IMG/VR virus record: IMGVR_UViG_3300047510_001118
Span: 124,001-188,000 of that record
Length of the DNA stretch: 64,000 nt
Direction: 5' to 3' (one strand)
Under the pieces are notes generated by a model. That model was not told where the DNA came from, did not search any database, and saw only the letters and a list, made by a program, of their open reading frames with translations. The position numbers and the translations under genes were made by a program. The stretch's first letter is position 1. Each line of letters opens with the position of its first letter. Below are positions 28,966 to 39,415 of this stretch, in pieces.

Positions 28966-30398
28966 TGCAACATTTTTATGACGGTCAGATTAGACGATAC
29001 CTAGCACAGATAATCCGTATGTTAAGTGGATTCAAATATAAATCTGCTGACGGAAAAGAAACCACAGTACCAGTAATGTACGGCGACATGACTCGCCAAG
29101 TTGGTGCTATTATCAAAGATAATTCAGAAAACAAACTACCCAGTGCTCCTCGAATTGCAGTTTATATCACTGGCCTATCTATGGATAGAGCTAGACTAGG
29201 AGACTCTACTTATGTCAGTAAAGTACACATTAGAGAAAGAGAAAAAATATTTGACAATGACGGTAATTTAACTGGATACACACAAACACAGGGCGATAAT
29301 TATACCATTGAAAGATTAATGCCTACTCCTTATAAACTTACTGTTAAAGCAGATATATGGTCAACGAACACTGATCAAAAGTTACAGATAATGGAACAGA
29401 TATTAATGCTGTTTAATCCCAGTCTTGAAATACAAACCACTGATAATTTTGTAGACTGGACCAGTCTTAGCGTTGTAGAGTTAACTGAAATTACCTTTAG
29501 TAGCAGAACAATTCCGTCAGGAAATGAAACAGAAATAGACATTGGTGCTCTTACGTTTGAAACTCCCATTTGGATCAGTCCGCCAACTAAAGTTAAAAAA
29601 CTTGGAGTAGTCACAGACATCGTTATGAATGTTTTTGACGCACAGGGAAATCTTAATAATCTTGATGAGCCGACTACGCAAGAATTTGTAAATGTAGGAA
29701 ATTTTGGATTATTAGTGTATAACAACACCCTGACACTATTAAAATATACCAACACTGTTGATTCAGATGATACCAGTGACGCAGTGTTTACCAAAGGCGG
29801 TCCTGAGATTAGTTGGCAGGTTATCTTTGATCAGTATCCTGGTAAATTTCGCAATGATATAAGTCAAATTTTTCTAATACAAGAAAATGGTAATAAAGTT
29901 GTGGGAAGATTAATTTTAAATCCCAGCGATCCCGATGACACAACTAGGTTATTTGTTAATTGGGACACTGATACTTTTCCGACAGACACTCTTATCGAAA
30001 GCACGTTGTCACCCACAGGTAGAACCACTGTAGACGCTGTAATTGATCCAACTAGGTTTAATCCTAGACCTAAATTACCAAATGGTACATTAGGTTGGGC
30101 CGACGCCGGTAGACGATATCTAATACTTGAAGGTATTGGTGCTTCAATAAACACCGACGGTCCTGATGCTTGGAAAAGCATGTCGGGCGACGATTTTCTT
30201 GCCAATGCCAATGATATTATAGAATGGAATGGCACTGCTTGGGAAATAGTTTTAAGCAAGGAAGATCGTAACAGTGTAGAAGAACCTATATATGTAACTA
30301 ATTTACGTACCGGGATTCAATACAAATATTTTGACGATATGTGGACTAAATCGTTTGAGGGCGAGTATCCGAAAGGCACGTGGCGATTAGTTTTCTAA
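28965..30398 (+). CDS. gp15: Tail sheath stabiliser / tail terminator, gp15-like
   Basis: HFYD.QIRRY, VPVMYG, PRIA, PTPY.L...DIW, Q.LQIMEQIL.LFNP, LTFET motifs. Confidence 0.87.
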   Translation: MQHFYDGQIRRYLAQIIRMLSGFKYKSADGKETTVPVMYGDMTRQVGAIIKDNSENKLPSAPRIAVYITGLSMDRARLGDSTYVSKVHIREREKIFDNDGNLTGYTQTQGDNYTIERLMPTPYKLTVKADIWSTNTDQKLQIMEQILMLFNPSLEIQTTDNFVDWTSLSVVELTEITFSSRTIPSGNETEIDIGALTFETPIWISPPTKVKKLGVVTDIVMNVFDAQGNLNNLDEPTTQEFVNVGNFGLLVYNNTLTLLKYTNTVDSDDTSDAVFTKGGPEISWQVIFDQYPGKFRNDISQIFLIQENGNKVVGRLILNPSDPDDTTRLFVNWDTDTFPTDTLIESTLSPTGRTTVDAVIDPTRFNPRPKLPNGTLGWADAGRRYLILEGIGASINTDGPDAWKSMSGDDFLANANDIIEWNGTAWEIVLSKEDRNSVEEPIYVTNLRTGIQYKYFDDMWTKSFEGEYPKGTWRLVF

Positions 30399-30411
30399 AA
30401 TAAGTAAGCAT

Positions 30412-30846
30412 ATGAAAGATCAGATTGTCTGCTCCGGCGCACTTTTTTATGCTAAATCTACTAAACGTTTTCTACTGCTACAAAAAGCAGAAGGCAAGCA
30501 TGCCAACACGTGGGGACTAGTAGGCGGTACTAACAACGAAGGCGAAACTGCTTGGCAAGGTCTTCAACGAGAAATCCAAGAAGAAATTGGCGCTGTTCCA
30601 AACATTCTAAAAACTATTCCTATAGAAACATTTGTCAGCAATGATACTGTTTTTAATTTTCACACCTATCTCTGTGTAATTTCAGAAGAATTTATTCCAA
30701 CACTCAGTAATGAACACACGGGCTGGGCCTGGTCAACTGTAGACGGTGCTCCTAAACCTTTACACCAAGGTTTAAAATCTAGTTTCAGTAATAAAACTAT
30801 CAGAACTAAACTTCAAACAGTGTTTGATATTGTAGAGCTAATATAA
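30412..30846 (+). CDS. Nudix hydrolase
   Basis: Complete Nudix box G-TNNEG-E-TAWQGLQ-RE-IQ-EE-IG. Confidence 0.95.
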   Translation: MKDQIVCSGALFYAKSTKRFLLLQKAEGKHANTWGLVGGTNNEGETAWQGLQREIQEEIGAVPNILKTIPIETFVSNDTVFNFHTYLCVISEEFIPTLSNEHTGWAWSTVDGAPKPLHQGLKSSFSNKTIRTKLQTVFDIVELI

Positions 30847-31676
30847 TGTTTAATTGGTTTAAAAAGAAAAAAAGTTGGGTAAGATTCTACTCTCTAGATC
30901 AAAATGTTGCTGTAATGTATCCGGTTATAGAAACTAAACTAGTCGATCGAGACTGGAATGATCTTGCTACCACTGAAAGAAATAGGCCAGAACAAGGACG
31001 ACAGACTGTATTAAATTGTCCAGCAATTAAGCAGGCTATAAATGTCGGTTATGTTCTTTGTGCTCCGGCAGACTTTGTCATCAAGACCGGACCTTCGATT
31101 GAAAATCTAAGTTGGGAAACTCCGTTTTTATTTAAACGCGAATCACAAAAATATACATTCAGCGGCACCGATTATTATGTAAGTTGGCATAGTCCTGCTC
31201 AAACCGAACCGTTGCTACCCAAAGAAATACCTAATTCAGATCGTGCCTGTTTACACTCGGCAGTTAAGGTTGAAACTCCCTGGCGAATAAAGGCCAGCGA
31301 AGATATAGTGTTTTTACAAGTTCCGGTTTCTTATAACAGTGAATCTAGATTTACCGCTGCCATAGGTATAGTCGATCCAAGATACATGCACGCGGTCAGT
31401 GTACAATTATTTTGGCATGTTCTTGATGGAGAAACACTAATCAAAGCAGGCACACCGCTGGTTCAGTACATTCCTATCAGTAGAGAATTATTAAAGAAAA
31501 ACAGTCACGAATTTATCTGTGATTCTGCCACTGACATAGAAAAAGAAATTGAAGAAGCCTATACATTTGCCAATCACAATAGGTTTCCTCGAACTGATAC
31601 TGTATCTAATAAGATTCAAATAATCACAAAATTATTTGATTACTTCCGTAAAAAATACCCAAACTCTAAAATTTAA
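30846..31676 (+). CDS. Conserved hypothetical, possibly dUTPase-like beta fold; paralogue of 45444-46232
   Basis: Shares RFYSL, NCP.I, PADF.I.T, K.ETPWR..AS, Y N.ESRFTAA, VQLFW.VL, AGTPL.Q.IP.SR with the paralogue. Confidence 0.7.
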   Translation: MFNWFKKKKSWVRFYSLDQNVAVMYPVIETKLVDRDWNDLATTERNRPEQGRQTVLNCPAIKQAINVGYVLCAPADFVIKTGPSIENLSWETPFLFKRESQKYTFSGTDYYVSWHSPAQTEPLLPKEIPNSDRACLHSAVKVETPWRIKASEDIVFLQVPVSYNSESRFTAAIGIVDPRYMHAVSVQLFWHVLDGETLIKAGTPLVQYIPISRELLKKNSHEFICDSATDIEKEIEEAYTFANHNRFPRTDTVSNKIQIITKLFDYFRKKYPNSKI

Positions 31677-32263
31677 ATGTTTAACTTAGTTAGAGGATCG
31701 GAATTAATTTCTCCTCGAACAAAAGTATTAAACGACAGAGAGATTCTAGGTATTTCTCCTTCGTAGTAATCAACTAGATGTTCTGTATTACTGGGGAAAA
31801 CTAGCATATCGCCGGCTCTAGGGGTTATGGACCAACTTTTTGAGTTATATACGTTGGCTCCCATAACTTGAAATTCAAGAGTGTCATATTGACTAGTTAT
31901 AAATCTAATATTTCCTGTTTCGCCTTCTGATTCTAGATACAGTACACCAGATAAAATAGAATTAGGGTGCCAGTGTCTATGATGACTCTGTCCTTTTTCA
32001 GTTTTGTTCAACCAACTTTCAGTGATATAAATTTCTACTTTAGGACTAACCATCATTATGTTATAAAAATATTCTTTAACTATCTGTTGGCACTTTTCAC
32101 CGAGGTCTCTAAAGTTTTCAGATCCTAATATATCTTGGCTTTCGCTGATCCAATTTTGATAGTTTCTGGCCCATTTAACTGAGCTCAAATCTATGTTTCC
32201 GATATCAACGGGTGCTCGAAATATTGGTTTTGAAAATAAGGGCCAAACGGTTTTTTCTGTCAT
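31673..32263 (-). CDS. Fe(II)/2OG oxygenase-like (TIGR02466-type, HxH)
   Basis: ESWLN, HWHPNSILSGVLYL, FPS..EH.V, RISLSFN. Start ATG 32263. Confidence 0.85.
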   Translation of the reverse strand: MTEKTVWPLFSKPIFRAPVDIGNIDLSSVKWARNYQNWISESQDILGSENFRDLGEKCQQIVKEYFYNIMMVSPKVEIYITESWLNKTEKGQSHHRHWHPNSILSGVLYLESEGETGNIRFITSQYDTLEFQVMGANVYNSKSWSITPRAGDMLVFPSNTEHLVDYYEGEIPRISLSFNTFVRGEINSDPLTKLNI

Positions 32264-32329
32264 GATGTCTGTTTTCACTTGGTTAACTATGATATATATA
32301 GTGCTTCCCTTGACATTTTACTGACAATT

Positions 32330-32908
32330 ATGAAATTAGAAAAAGACATAGCAATATTTGATAATGTTCTAACCAAAGACGAATGCAGTCAATTAATAGA
32401 ACATTTCAATCGTTTAGAGAAATTAAATCTAAGTTTTACCCGAATAGATCTTAGGGACGCACCTGGACATAAAAAAAATGACCGTGCTACTTTTCCGCTA
32501 GAAGAAACTTCTATGAGATTTTCGTCAGACATGGCCTTTTTAAATGTTTTCTTAGATCGATTTTGGATTTGTTATAATCGGTATATGGATCATTACAGTG
32601 TCTTGATCGACGCACCGAGACAGTATGTTAGATCATTAAAGATACAAAAAACTTTGCCAGGGCAAGGTTATCATGTTTGGCATTTTGAAAATGACGGTAT
32701 TGAACGGGCATCAAGAATCTGTGCTTGGGGAATATATCTTAATACTGTAGAACAAGGTGGAGAAACTGAGTGGCTATACCAGGGCGTAAGAGTTCCAGCC
32801 ACAGAAGGAAGTTTAGTTATATGGCCTGCTGGTTTTACGCACACCCATAGAGGAAATCCTCCACTTAGCGGGGAAAAATATTTAATGACCGGATGGGTAG
32901 AGTTTTAA
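32330..32908 (+). CDS. Fe(II)/2OG oxygenase (prolyl-4-hydroxylase-like, HxE)
   Basis: GYHVWHFE, YLNTVEQGGETE, WPAGFTHTHRGNPP..GEKY..TGW. Start ATG 32330. Confidence 0.88.
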   Translation: MKLEKDIAIFDNVLTKDECSQLIEHFNRLEKLNLSFTRIDLRDAPGHKKNDRATFPLEETSMRFSSDMAFLNVFLDRFWICYNRYMDHYSVLIDAPRQYVRSLKIQKTLPGQGYHVWHFENDGIERASRICAWGIYLNTVEQGGETEWLYQGVRVPATEGSLVIWPAGFTHTHRGNPPLSGEKYLMTGWVEF

Positions 32909-33513
32909 TGGAAGTAATTAATGCTTTTCCTGTCGAATTTTTTGTTTTTAAAAATAAAGATATTGACAATCAGGAATTAATTAAAAAATTAGAACGTCTC
33001 GATAATGTTGAGATTAAAAAAACTACTACTCTTAGTATGTTAGTAGATTTACGTAATTTGCCAGAATTTTCTGATTTATTTTCTTGGTTTAAGTCTTGCC
33101 TTGAAGAAGTACGCCAAGGAATGAAGTTTGACTGCGACCGTTTAGAAATATCAAATAGTTGGTTTAATGTCGCCATGGCAGACTATAAAATGTATCAAAA
33201 CTATCATAGGCATTCTATGAGTTTTTACAGCGCAGTATATTATCTAACTGGCGGGTCATCTACAATATTCGAGGATCCTGTTCGAGATCGAAGCCAAGCA
33301 CAGATTGAAGTTCTTAGACATGACTATCAACCAACATTTGCCTCAGAAGCAGAACCGGGAAAATTAATCATCTTTCCTAGTTGGGTATATCACAATAGTC
33401 GCCCGCATCTAGAAAGTTTCAATCGATATGTAATCAGTTTTAATGTTTTTCCTGCGGGTAAAATTAATTATAATCTAGCCACCGATTCTAAACTTGAGGT
33501 TGAAATAAAATGA
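32908..33513 (+). CDS. Fe(II)/2OG oxygenase-like (TIGR02466-type, HxH)
   Basis: NSWFN, HRHSMSFYSAVYYL, FPSWVYH, RYVISFN. TAATG coupling. Confidence 0.85.
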   Translation: MEVINAFPVEFFVFKNKDIDNQELIKKLERLDNVEIKKTTTLSMLVDLRNLPEFSDLFSWFKSCLEEVRQGMKFDCDRLEISNSWFNVAMADYKMYQNYHRHSMSFYSAVYYLTGGSSTIFEDPVRDRSQAQIEVLRHDYQPTFASEAEPGKLIIFPSWVYHNSRPHLESFNRYVISFNVFPAGKINYNLATDSKLEVEIK

Positions 33514-35003
33514 TTAAAAGTCTAGTAGTTCTTGGCAGCGGCACAAGCGGCCTATTAGCAGCCTTGATGATGAAAAAAGCATTTAATGATATGTCTGTAA
33601 AAGTAGTAGCCAGCGAAAGAATAGGAATTATTGGCGTGGGAGAAGGGGCCACAGAACACTGGAAATTTCTCTGTAATTTTCTTGGCATTAACATGAATGA
33701 AGCAGTAGTTCATTGTGGTGCTACTATGAAAGTTGGTATTGTGTTTAAAGATTGGGGTGTTCCAGATTATTATCATTCGGTATTTGATAGTTACGCTTGG
33801 AAAAATGGTGAAACATATCCCTTTTATTCTAAATTAATGGGAGATCGAGTTGACTCCATACAGTTGACCGGTCGAGGATCTAGAGAGCCCATTGTTCCCC
33901 TTGGTTGGGCTACTATGAAAGAAGACCCCGAGGCTAGTCAGTTTCATTTTAATACATTTAAACTAAATGAATATCTTCACAGACTATGTAAAGAAAGAGG
34001 TATTGAAATAATTAACGACGAGATAACAGACGTAGTTATAGAAGACGGTGTAGTAAAAGAATTAATAGGATCACAAAAACATTCTGCTGATTTCTTCATC
34101 GACAGTAGTGGAATGGCTAGGGTTATCATAGGTAAACTTGGTGCCCAATGGAACAGTTACGGAAAACATTTAATCACTAATTCTGCTATAGCATTTCCCA
34201 CTGAAGATACCGACGAGTATCCAATTTATACCACAGCCACTGCTATGAAGCACGGCTGGATGTGGAACACTCCAGTCCAAGGACGATGGGGTAACGGTTA
34301 TGTATTCTGTGACAAGTATATTGACTTTGATCAGGCACAGGCCGAGGTAGAAGAAAAACTAGGTAAAAAAGTTAATATATTTAAAAAAATAAAGTTTGAT
34401 CCAGGGACACTTGATAAAAATTGGATCAGTAATTGTTGTGCTATAGGTCTTAGTTCTGGGTTTGTTGAGCCTTTAGAAAGTTCAGCAATAAGTCAAGGAC
34501 TATTACAAACATGGTTATTAATGAATGTATTTCCGTCTTGGGGGAATTCTAAAAAATCTATTACAGATCTCTATAATAGCAAGTGTCGAGCAATCAGCGA
34601 AAACATTTTAGATTTTATAGCAGTTCACTTTATTACTCCTAGGGAAGATACAGAGTTTTGGAAATATTTAAAATTAAATAGATCTAAGTGGGTTCCTAAG
34701 TCTTTAGAAAAAAATCTAAAGAGTTGGCATAAACGAACACCGCTGTCGTTTGAGTTTGACAGTCAATGGACGTTATTTAAAGCAGAAAATTGGATTTTAA
34801 CTTTGTACGGTTTAGGTCTGTTTGATCTAGATGCTATCAAAGAAGAATACGAACTACACGACCAATCAGTTAAAGATTACGTCAACGGATATTTACAAGA
34901 CGAAATAGATTTTATAAACTCTCGAACTTATGTTTCCCATAAAAAAGGTTTAGAGATGTTTGTTGAAAATTTTAATAAAATAAAAACGGAATATAAATTA
35001 TGA
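33510..35003 (+). CDS. Flavin-dependent halogenase family (PrnA/RebH-like) #1
   Basis: GSGTSG, GVGEG, ATMK (catalytic Lys position), WMWNTP, FVEPLESS. Confidence 0.9.
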   Translation: MIKSLVVLGSGTSGLLAALMMKKAFNDMSVKVVASERIGIIGVGEGATEHWKFLCNFLGINMNEAVVHCGATMKVGIVFKDWGVPDYYHSVFDSYAWKNGETYPFYSKLMGDRVDSIQLTGRGSREPIVPLGWATMKEDPEASQFHFNTFKLNEYLHRLCKERGIEIINDEITDVVIEDGVVKELIGSQKHSADFFIDSSGMARVIIGKLGAQWNSYGKHLITNSAIAFPTEDTDEYPIYTTATAMKHGWMWNTPVQGRWGNGYVFCDKYIDFDQAQAEVEEKLGKKVNIFKKIKFDPGTLDKNWISNCCAIGLSSGFVEPLESSAISQGLLQTWLLMNVFPSWGNSKKSITDLYNSKCRAISENILDFIAVHFITPREDTEFWKYLKLNRSKWVPKSLEKNLKSWHKRTPLSFEFDSQWTLFKAENWILTLYGLGLFDLDAIKEEYELHDQSVKDYVNGYLQDEIDFINSRTYVSHKKGLEMFVENFNKIKTEYKL

Positions 35004-36502
35004 TCGATTCTTTGTGTGTATTAGGTGGAGGAACTAGCGGGCTAATAGTTGCGCTTATGGCTCGAGAAGCCTATCCTAAACTAAAAATAACTATGTTAGA
35101 ATCTAGCAAGTTAGGAATTATTGGTGTTGGCGAAGGATCTACAGAACACTGGAAAAAATTTATCAATCAGATTGGAATAAATGTCCCCGAACTAGTTAGG
35201 GAAACCGGCGCAACATTTAAAATAGGTATTAAGTTTACAAACTGGCATGGAGACGGAACGCACTACTTCCATAGCCTCAGTGAACAGTTCGGCAGTCATT
35301 CTTTTAAAAACGGATTACCATTTACATGGTTTCAAATCGTAGGGGAAAATTGGGATCCGCTAGATACTGCTTGGAAATTATCAATGGACAGCCGTCATAT
35401 TGAACCTCTTCATGATATCCTAAGTCAATATCATTTTGACACATTTAAACTTAACGACTACTTACACAGGCTCTGTAAAATTAGAGGTATTGATATTGTT
35501 GACACTGAGGTCGAGGACGTCATTTTAGATGAACAGGGATTTGTTAAAGAATTAATTGATGTAAACCATACTAGACATGCCTATGATTTTTATGTCGACT
35601 GTAGCGGATTCCGACGTGTCATTGGCAGCAAACTAGGCGCAAAGTGGATTGATTGTACAGATAAACTGCCAATGAATTCGGCTATTGCTTTCCCTACAGG
35701 GTATACCGAAGATATTCCTAGTTATACTGAAGCAACAGCATTAACCAGCGGCTGGTGCTGGAGGATTCCAACACAAGAGAGATACGGAAACGGTTATGTT
35801 TTCTGTGATAATTTTATCAATGAAACACAGGCCTATGATGAAGTTTCAGAATATTATAAACAGTCAAACATCGCAGACAAAATAGAAATAGGAAGAAAAG
35901 TTAAATTTGGAGCAGGTTATGTTGACAAATTCTGGATTAAAAATTGTGCGATGATAGGTCTCAGTGGCATATTTGTAGAACCTCTCGAGGCTTCTAGTAT
36001 CGGCACTACTATACAGCAGACATTTATGCTATTGCCAAGTTTAATGTTCTTTAATCGCGACGAAGAAATAACATCTAACAAGTATAATTTTATGATGAAA
36101 AAAGTTTCCACTAACATCGTAGACTTTATACAACTTCACTATTTTACTCAAAGGTCTGATTCAGAATTTTGGCGTTGGTGTAAAAACGAACTAGTATTAA
36201 CTGATTTTAACAAAGAATACCTAGACTATTTTAAAAAGAATATGCCTAATGTATATTATTTTAATGATCCAATGATTCTGTTTAGTCATTTAAATTTTAC
36301 TCAGGTTATGCATGGTCTAAGATTATTCGACAACGATAAAATATTAAAAACTTATGAAAGTCATCTAAGTCAGTATACACTTGAAACCAATAATATTTTA
36401 AAAGATATTGACGATCAAGTAGCAAATAATGAAATATTTTCTCATCGCCAGGCTTTAGAAATTTTAAAAGAAAGATATGAAAAAACACACTATAAACTCT
36501 AA
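35000..36502 (+). CDS. Flavin-dependent halogenase family #2
   Basis: GGGTSG, GVGEG, ATFK, WCWRIP, FVEPLEAS. Confidence 0.9.
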   Translation: MIDSLCVLGGGTSGLIVALMAREAYPKLKITMLESSKLGIIGVGEGSTEHWKKFINQIGINVPELVRETGATFKIGIKFTNWHGDGTHYFHSLSEQFGSHSFKNGLPFTWFQIVGENWDPLDTAWKLSMDSRHIEPLHDILSQYHFDTFKLNDYLHRLCKIRGIDIVDTEVEDVILDEQGFVKELIDVNHTRHAYDFYVDCSGFRRVIGSKLGAKWIDCTDKLPMNSAIAFPTGYTEDIPSYTEATALTSGWCWRIPTQERYGNGYVFCDNFINETQAYDEVSEYYKQSNIADKIEIGRKVKFGAGYVDKFWIKNCAMIGLSGIFVEPLEASSIGTTIQQTFMLLPSLMFFNRDEEITSNKYNFMMKKVSTNIVDFIQLHYFTQRSDSEFWRWCKNELVLTDFNKEYLDYFKKNMPNVYYFNDPMILFSHLNFTQVMHGLRLFDNDKILKTYESHLSQYTLETNNILKDIDDQVANNEIFSHRQALEILKERYEKTHYKL

Positions 36503-38027
36503 GGCAATAATTTTAGGTGGTGGTACTGCTGGTTGGCTAACAGCAATTTTCATAAAGCGTAACTGGCCCACTGTAGATGTTTCTGTTATAGAAAATCCCA
36601 AACAACCTCCCATAATTGCTGGAGAAAGTGGCACAACAACATTCGTAAGTCTTCTGCGTCATTTAAAAATTGATGTTGAAGATTTTATTAGGAAAGTCAA
36701 TGCTACTCCTAAATTGGGAGGTAAATTTCGTAACTGGGACAGTGTTGGTTCTGAATTTATTCATAGTTTACAGACAGATTATGCTCCGTGGCTAGACGGA
36801 TGGAACGAATACGTTGATGAAAATACTGAAGTTAATTACAGTCTGACAGCAGTTCGAGGAATGTTAGGACATCAAAGTGATCCGTATCTTAAAACTCTCA
36901 TAGGAAATAATGTTCCTATTGCCGATGCGTTATTCGCAACATATTTTATTAAAGAAAATAAAGTTCCTTTTGGGGCGTCTAGTGATATTCCTTGTATTCC
37001 AATGTGGCATTTTGAAAGTCGAGGAGCCGCGGGTTATTTTAAAAATCTCGGGTTAGAGAGAGGTATAAATCTAATCGAAGGCGAATATCAAAGTTCTAAT
37101 TTAGATGACCGAGGAAATATAACATCGCTGGTTCTTGATGGTGATAGACTAGTTCAAGGAGACTGGTTTTTCGATTGTTCGGGATTCGCTAGACTATTAG
37201 TAGGCAAAGTTTACAATGAAAAGTTAGTTGACTATACAAATTACTTTCCAGCAAGAGCGGTAGTAGCATGGTGGGACGATCCTTGTTATTGTGTCACTAC
37301 TAATGCTACAGCAATGAAATATGGTTGGTCTTGGAATATTAATCTTCGCCATAGATCTGGAAACGGTTATATCTATGACCCGGATCATATAACTCTAGAT
37401 CAAGCACTAGACGAAGCCAAAGAAATGTTTGGCCAGCATATCGAACCCATTGCTAATTTTCAATTCACTCCAGGAATGTTTAGAAAGGCATGGCATAAAA
37501 ATACAGTTGCTATCGGACTTAGTTCTGGCTTTCTAGAACCTTTAGAAGCCAACGGCGTAGCAGTAATTATTGAAAGTTTATATGCTTTACAAGATTATTG
37601 GAAACCTTTTGAAAAATCAATGCGGGAAGAAGCGATAGAAAGATTTAATGATCGTGTCTGGTACATAACAGAAGATATTCGAGACTTTTTATCTCTACAT
37701 TATAGAGGTCATAGATCTGACACAAAATTTTGGCTCAGTCATAAAAATGATGATTTTCGAGTGCCCCCAAGTCTAAAAGAAAAACTAGAAAACTGGAAAT
37801 TATTTTTTGCTAATATGGGGTCGGATCCCGAATGTCACGGATATAGCCCTACGGCGTGGCTTATGGTTTTACAGGGATTAAAAATGTTTGATCATAGTCC
37901 GATAGCGGCTAGCATGAAGAACTTTCTTCCTATAGGAAATAGTGTACTAAATAAGAATGTAGCCCGTTATAAGGGACTTGTTGCTCCATTTTGGACCATA
38001 GATGAGTGGATTCAACGGACAGCATAA
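36477..38027 (+). CDS. Flavin-dependent halogenase family #3
   Basis: GGGTAG, IAGES, ATPK, WSWNIN, FLEPLEAN. Confidence 0.88.
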   Translation: MKKHTINSKAIILGGGTAGWLTAIFIKRNWPTVDVSVIENPKQPPIIAGESGTTTFVSLLRHLKIDVEDFIRKVNATPKLGGKFRNWDSVGSEFIHSLQTDYAPWLDGWNEYVDENTEVNYSLTAVRGMLGHQSDPYLKTLIGNNVPIADALFATYFIKENKVPFGASSDIPCIPMWHFESRGAAGYFKNLGLERGINLIEGEYQSSNLDDRGNITSLVLDGDRLVQGDWFFDCSGFARLLVGKVYNEKLVDYTNYFPARAVVAWWDDPCYCVTTNATAMKYGWSWNINLRHRSGNGYIYDPDHITLDQALDEAKEMFGQHIEPIANFQFTPGMFRKAWHKNTVAIGLSSGFLEPLEANGVAVIIESLYALQDYWKPFEKSMREEAIERFNDRVWYITEDIRDFLSLHYRGHRSDTKFWLSHKNDDFRVPPSLKEKLENWKLFFANMGSDPECHGYSPTAWLMVLQGLKMFDHSPIAASMKNFLPIGNSVLNKNVARYKGLVAPFWTIDEWIQRTA

Positions 38028-38052
38028 ATATACTGTTAAAGGAGAATTTACA

Positions 38053-38223
38053 ATGCCTACATATAAGATGATTTTTAGAGATGCAGAAAATCCTAATACA
38101 TCTGACCTACATATCATTGAAGATTTTTGCGAAGCAAAAACTAGAGAAGAAGCACGTCAAATTTTTGAGGATCGCCACGGAGTGAAGTATGTAGTCGCCG
38201 GTCCGATCAAAGTTGAGGAATAA
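38053..38223 (+). CDS. Small hypothetical protein (56 aa)
   Basis: TAAATA at 38025-38030, AAGGAG SD at 38039-38044, ATG 38053. Confidence 0.8.
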   Translation: MPTYKMIFRDAENPNTSDLHIIEDFCEAKTREEARQIFEDRHGVKYVVAGPIKVEE

Positions 38224-38240
38224 TCCTTAATTTTTCTTGT

Positions 38241-38864
38241 CTAGCGTTTGAGTAGATCTCGGACGCTAGATATCTTTTGTAATTCCTGTTTAATAGCATC
38301 ACTAGTCCACTCAAAGGGCAAACCTAGACAAGGCCTAGTATCCCATTTAAGCCAAGCACTGTCTCCATCAGCATCGACATATTGTAAAAATGCCTGTATT
38401 TGTCGCTCGCTGGTTAAGGGGTTGCGCCAGTGTTCGTGTCGTCTACCACTGTAAACTACCATATCACCAACTTCTAAATTAATTTCGTGCTCTGTGCCCT
38501 GTTCATTTTTAATGTATATAGGCCAATCATCGTCTTTTTCTAAACATAAACTAACCGTATACTCACTGCTAGGTCTATCGAAGTGTTTCTGTAATTCAGA
38601 ACCCTTATAGTATATCCTTGCATAAGAATATGTTGGCCATAATCGTTTACCGGTAATTTTTTCAACTTCGGGTTGTACCCAGAGACTTAATGCTTCTATC
38701 ATTAATGGGCTGTAACGAGCAAATGTATTTTCACAGAGATCCGATAACTTTGCTCTGGGATATAGATGTTTACATGCAGTTTCCATCATAGAAAATTCTA
38801 AAGCAATAAACTGACATAGTTCTTTACTTAGAATGTTTTTAGAAATAACATAATCATTATTCAT
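38241..38864 (-). CDS. Fe(II)/2OG oxygenase (HxD)
   Basis: PTYSYARIY, KHFDRPSSEY, L..GD.VVY.G..HEHWR. Confidence 0.85.
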   Translation of the reverse strand: MNNDYVISKNILSKELCQFIALEFSMMETACKHLYPRAKLSDLCENTFARYSPLMIEALSLWVQPEVEKITGKRLWPTYSYARIYYKGSELQKHFDRPSSEYTVSLCLEKDDDWPIYIKNEQGTEHEINLEVGDMVVYSGRRHEHWRNPLTSERQIQAFLQYVDADGDSAWLKWDTRPCLGLPFEWTSDAIKQELQKISSVRDLLKR

Positions 38865-39415
38865 AGTACTGGCACCAATGACATGTCCACAAAGGGACGC
38901 TCAATATAATTTCGAATATAAGGACTCTGCGGTAAAGTATGTATATCAAATCCAATAGTAGTCCTATAACCGTCAAACGGCTCTAATACTTCAACTTTAT
39001 GTTTTCTCGTTCCTGGACCAAGATAAATTTGTCCAGGTTTATTTTCTATTACATAATCCTCAAACACAGTATTTGTTTTTTTTGGATCTAATGATATGTA
39101 GCCGTGATATGCGTAACCATGTTCATGCCAATCTAATACTGTGTCTGGTCTATGATAGTTAATCCACGACTGCATCCAAAGTGGCCGACCCTGTCCTAGG
39201 TGATGTCTTATTAAAGAACATAATTCTTTATATAACCCATAAAAAGCAGTACTAGGAGCAGTTAATACAAAAATATTATACTTGGTATAGTCCCAGGTAG
39301 AATTACCTTCCGGAAATAATCTTTTAAAATTTGTATGTGCTTGTTCTATGTCGTCAAACAGTTGTTTTTGATTGTCAATGATATATTGACTTTGGTATAA
39401 TATATAGTTGTTCAT
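38861..39415 (-). CDS. Fe(II)/2OG oxygenase-like (HxH)
   Basis: QSWIN, WHEH, GPG..KHKV, RTTIGFD. Confidence 0.75.
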   Translation of the reverse strand: MNNYILYQSQYIIDNQKQLFDDIEQAHTNFKRLFPEGNSTWDYTKYNIFVLTAPSTAFYGLYKELCSLIRHHLGQGRPLWMQSWINYHRPDTVLDWHEHGYAYHGYISLDPKKTNTVFEDYVIENKPGQIYLGPGTRKHKVEVLEPFDGYRTTIGFDIHTLPQSPYIRNYIERPFVDMSLVPVL

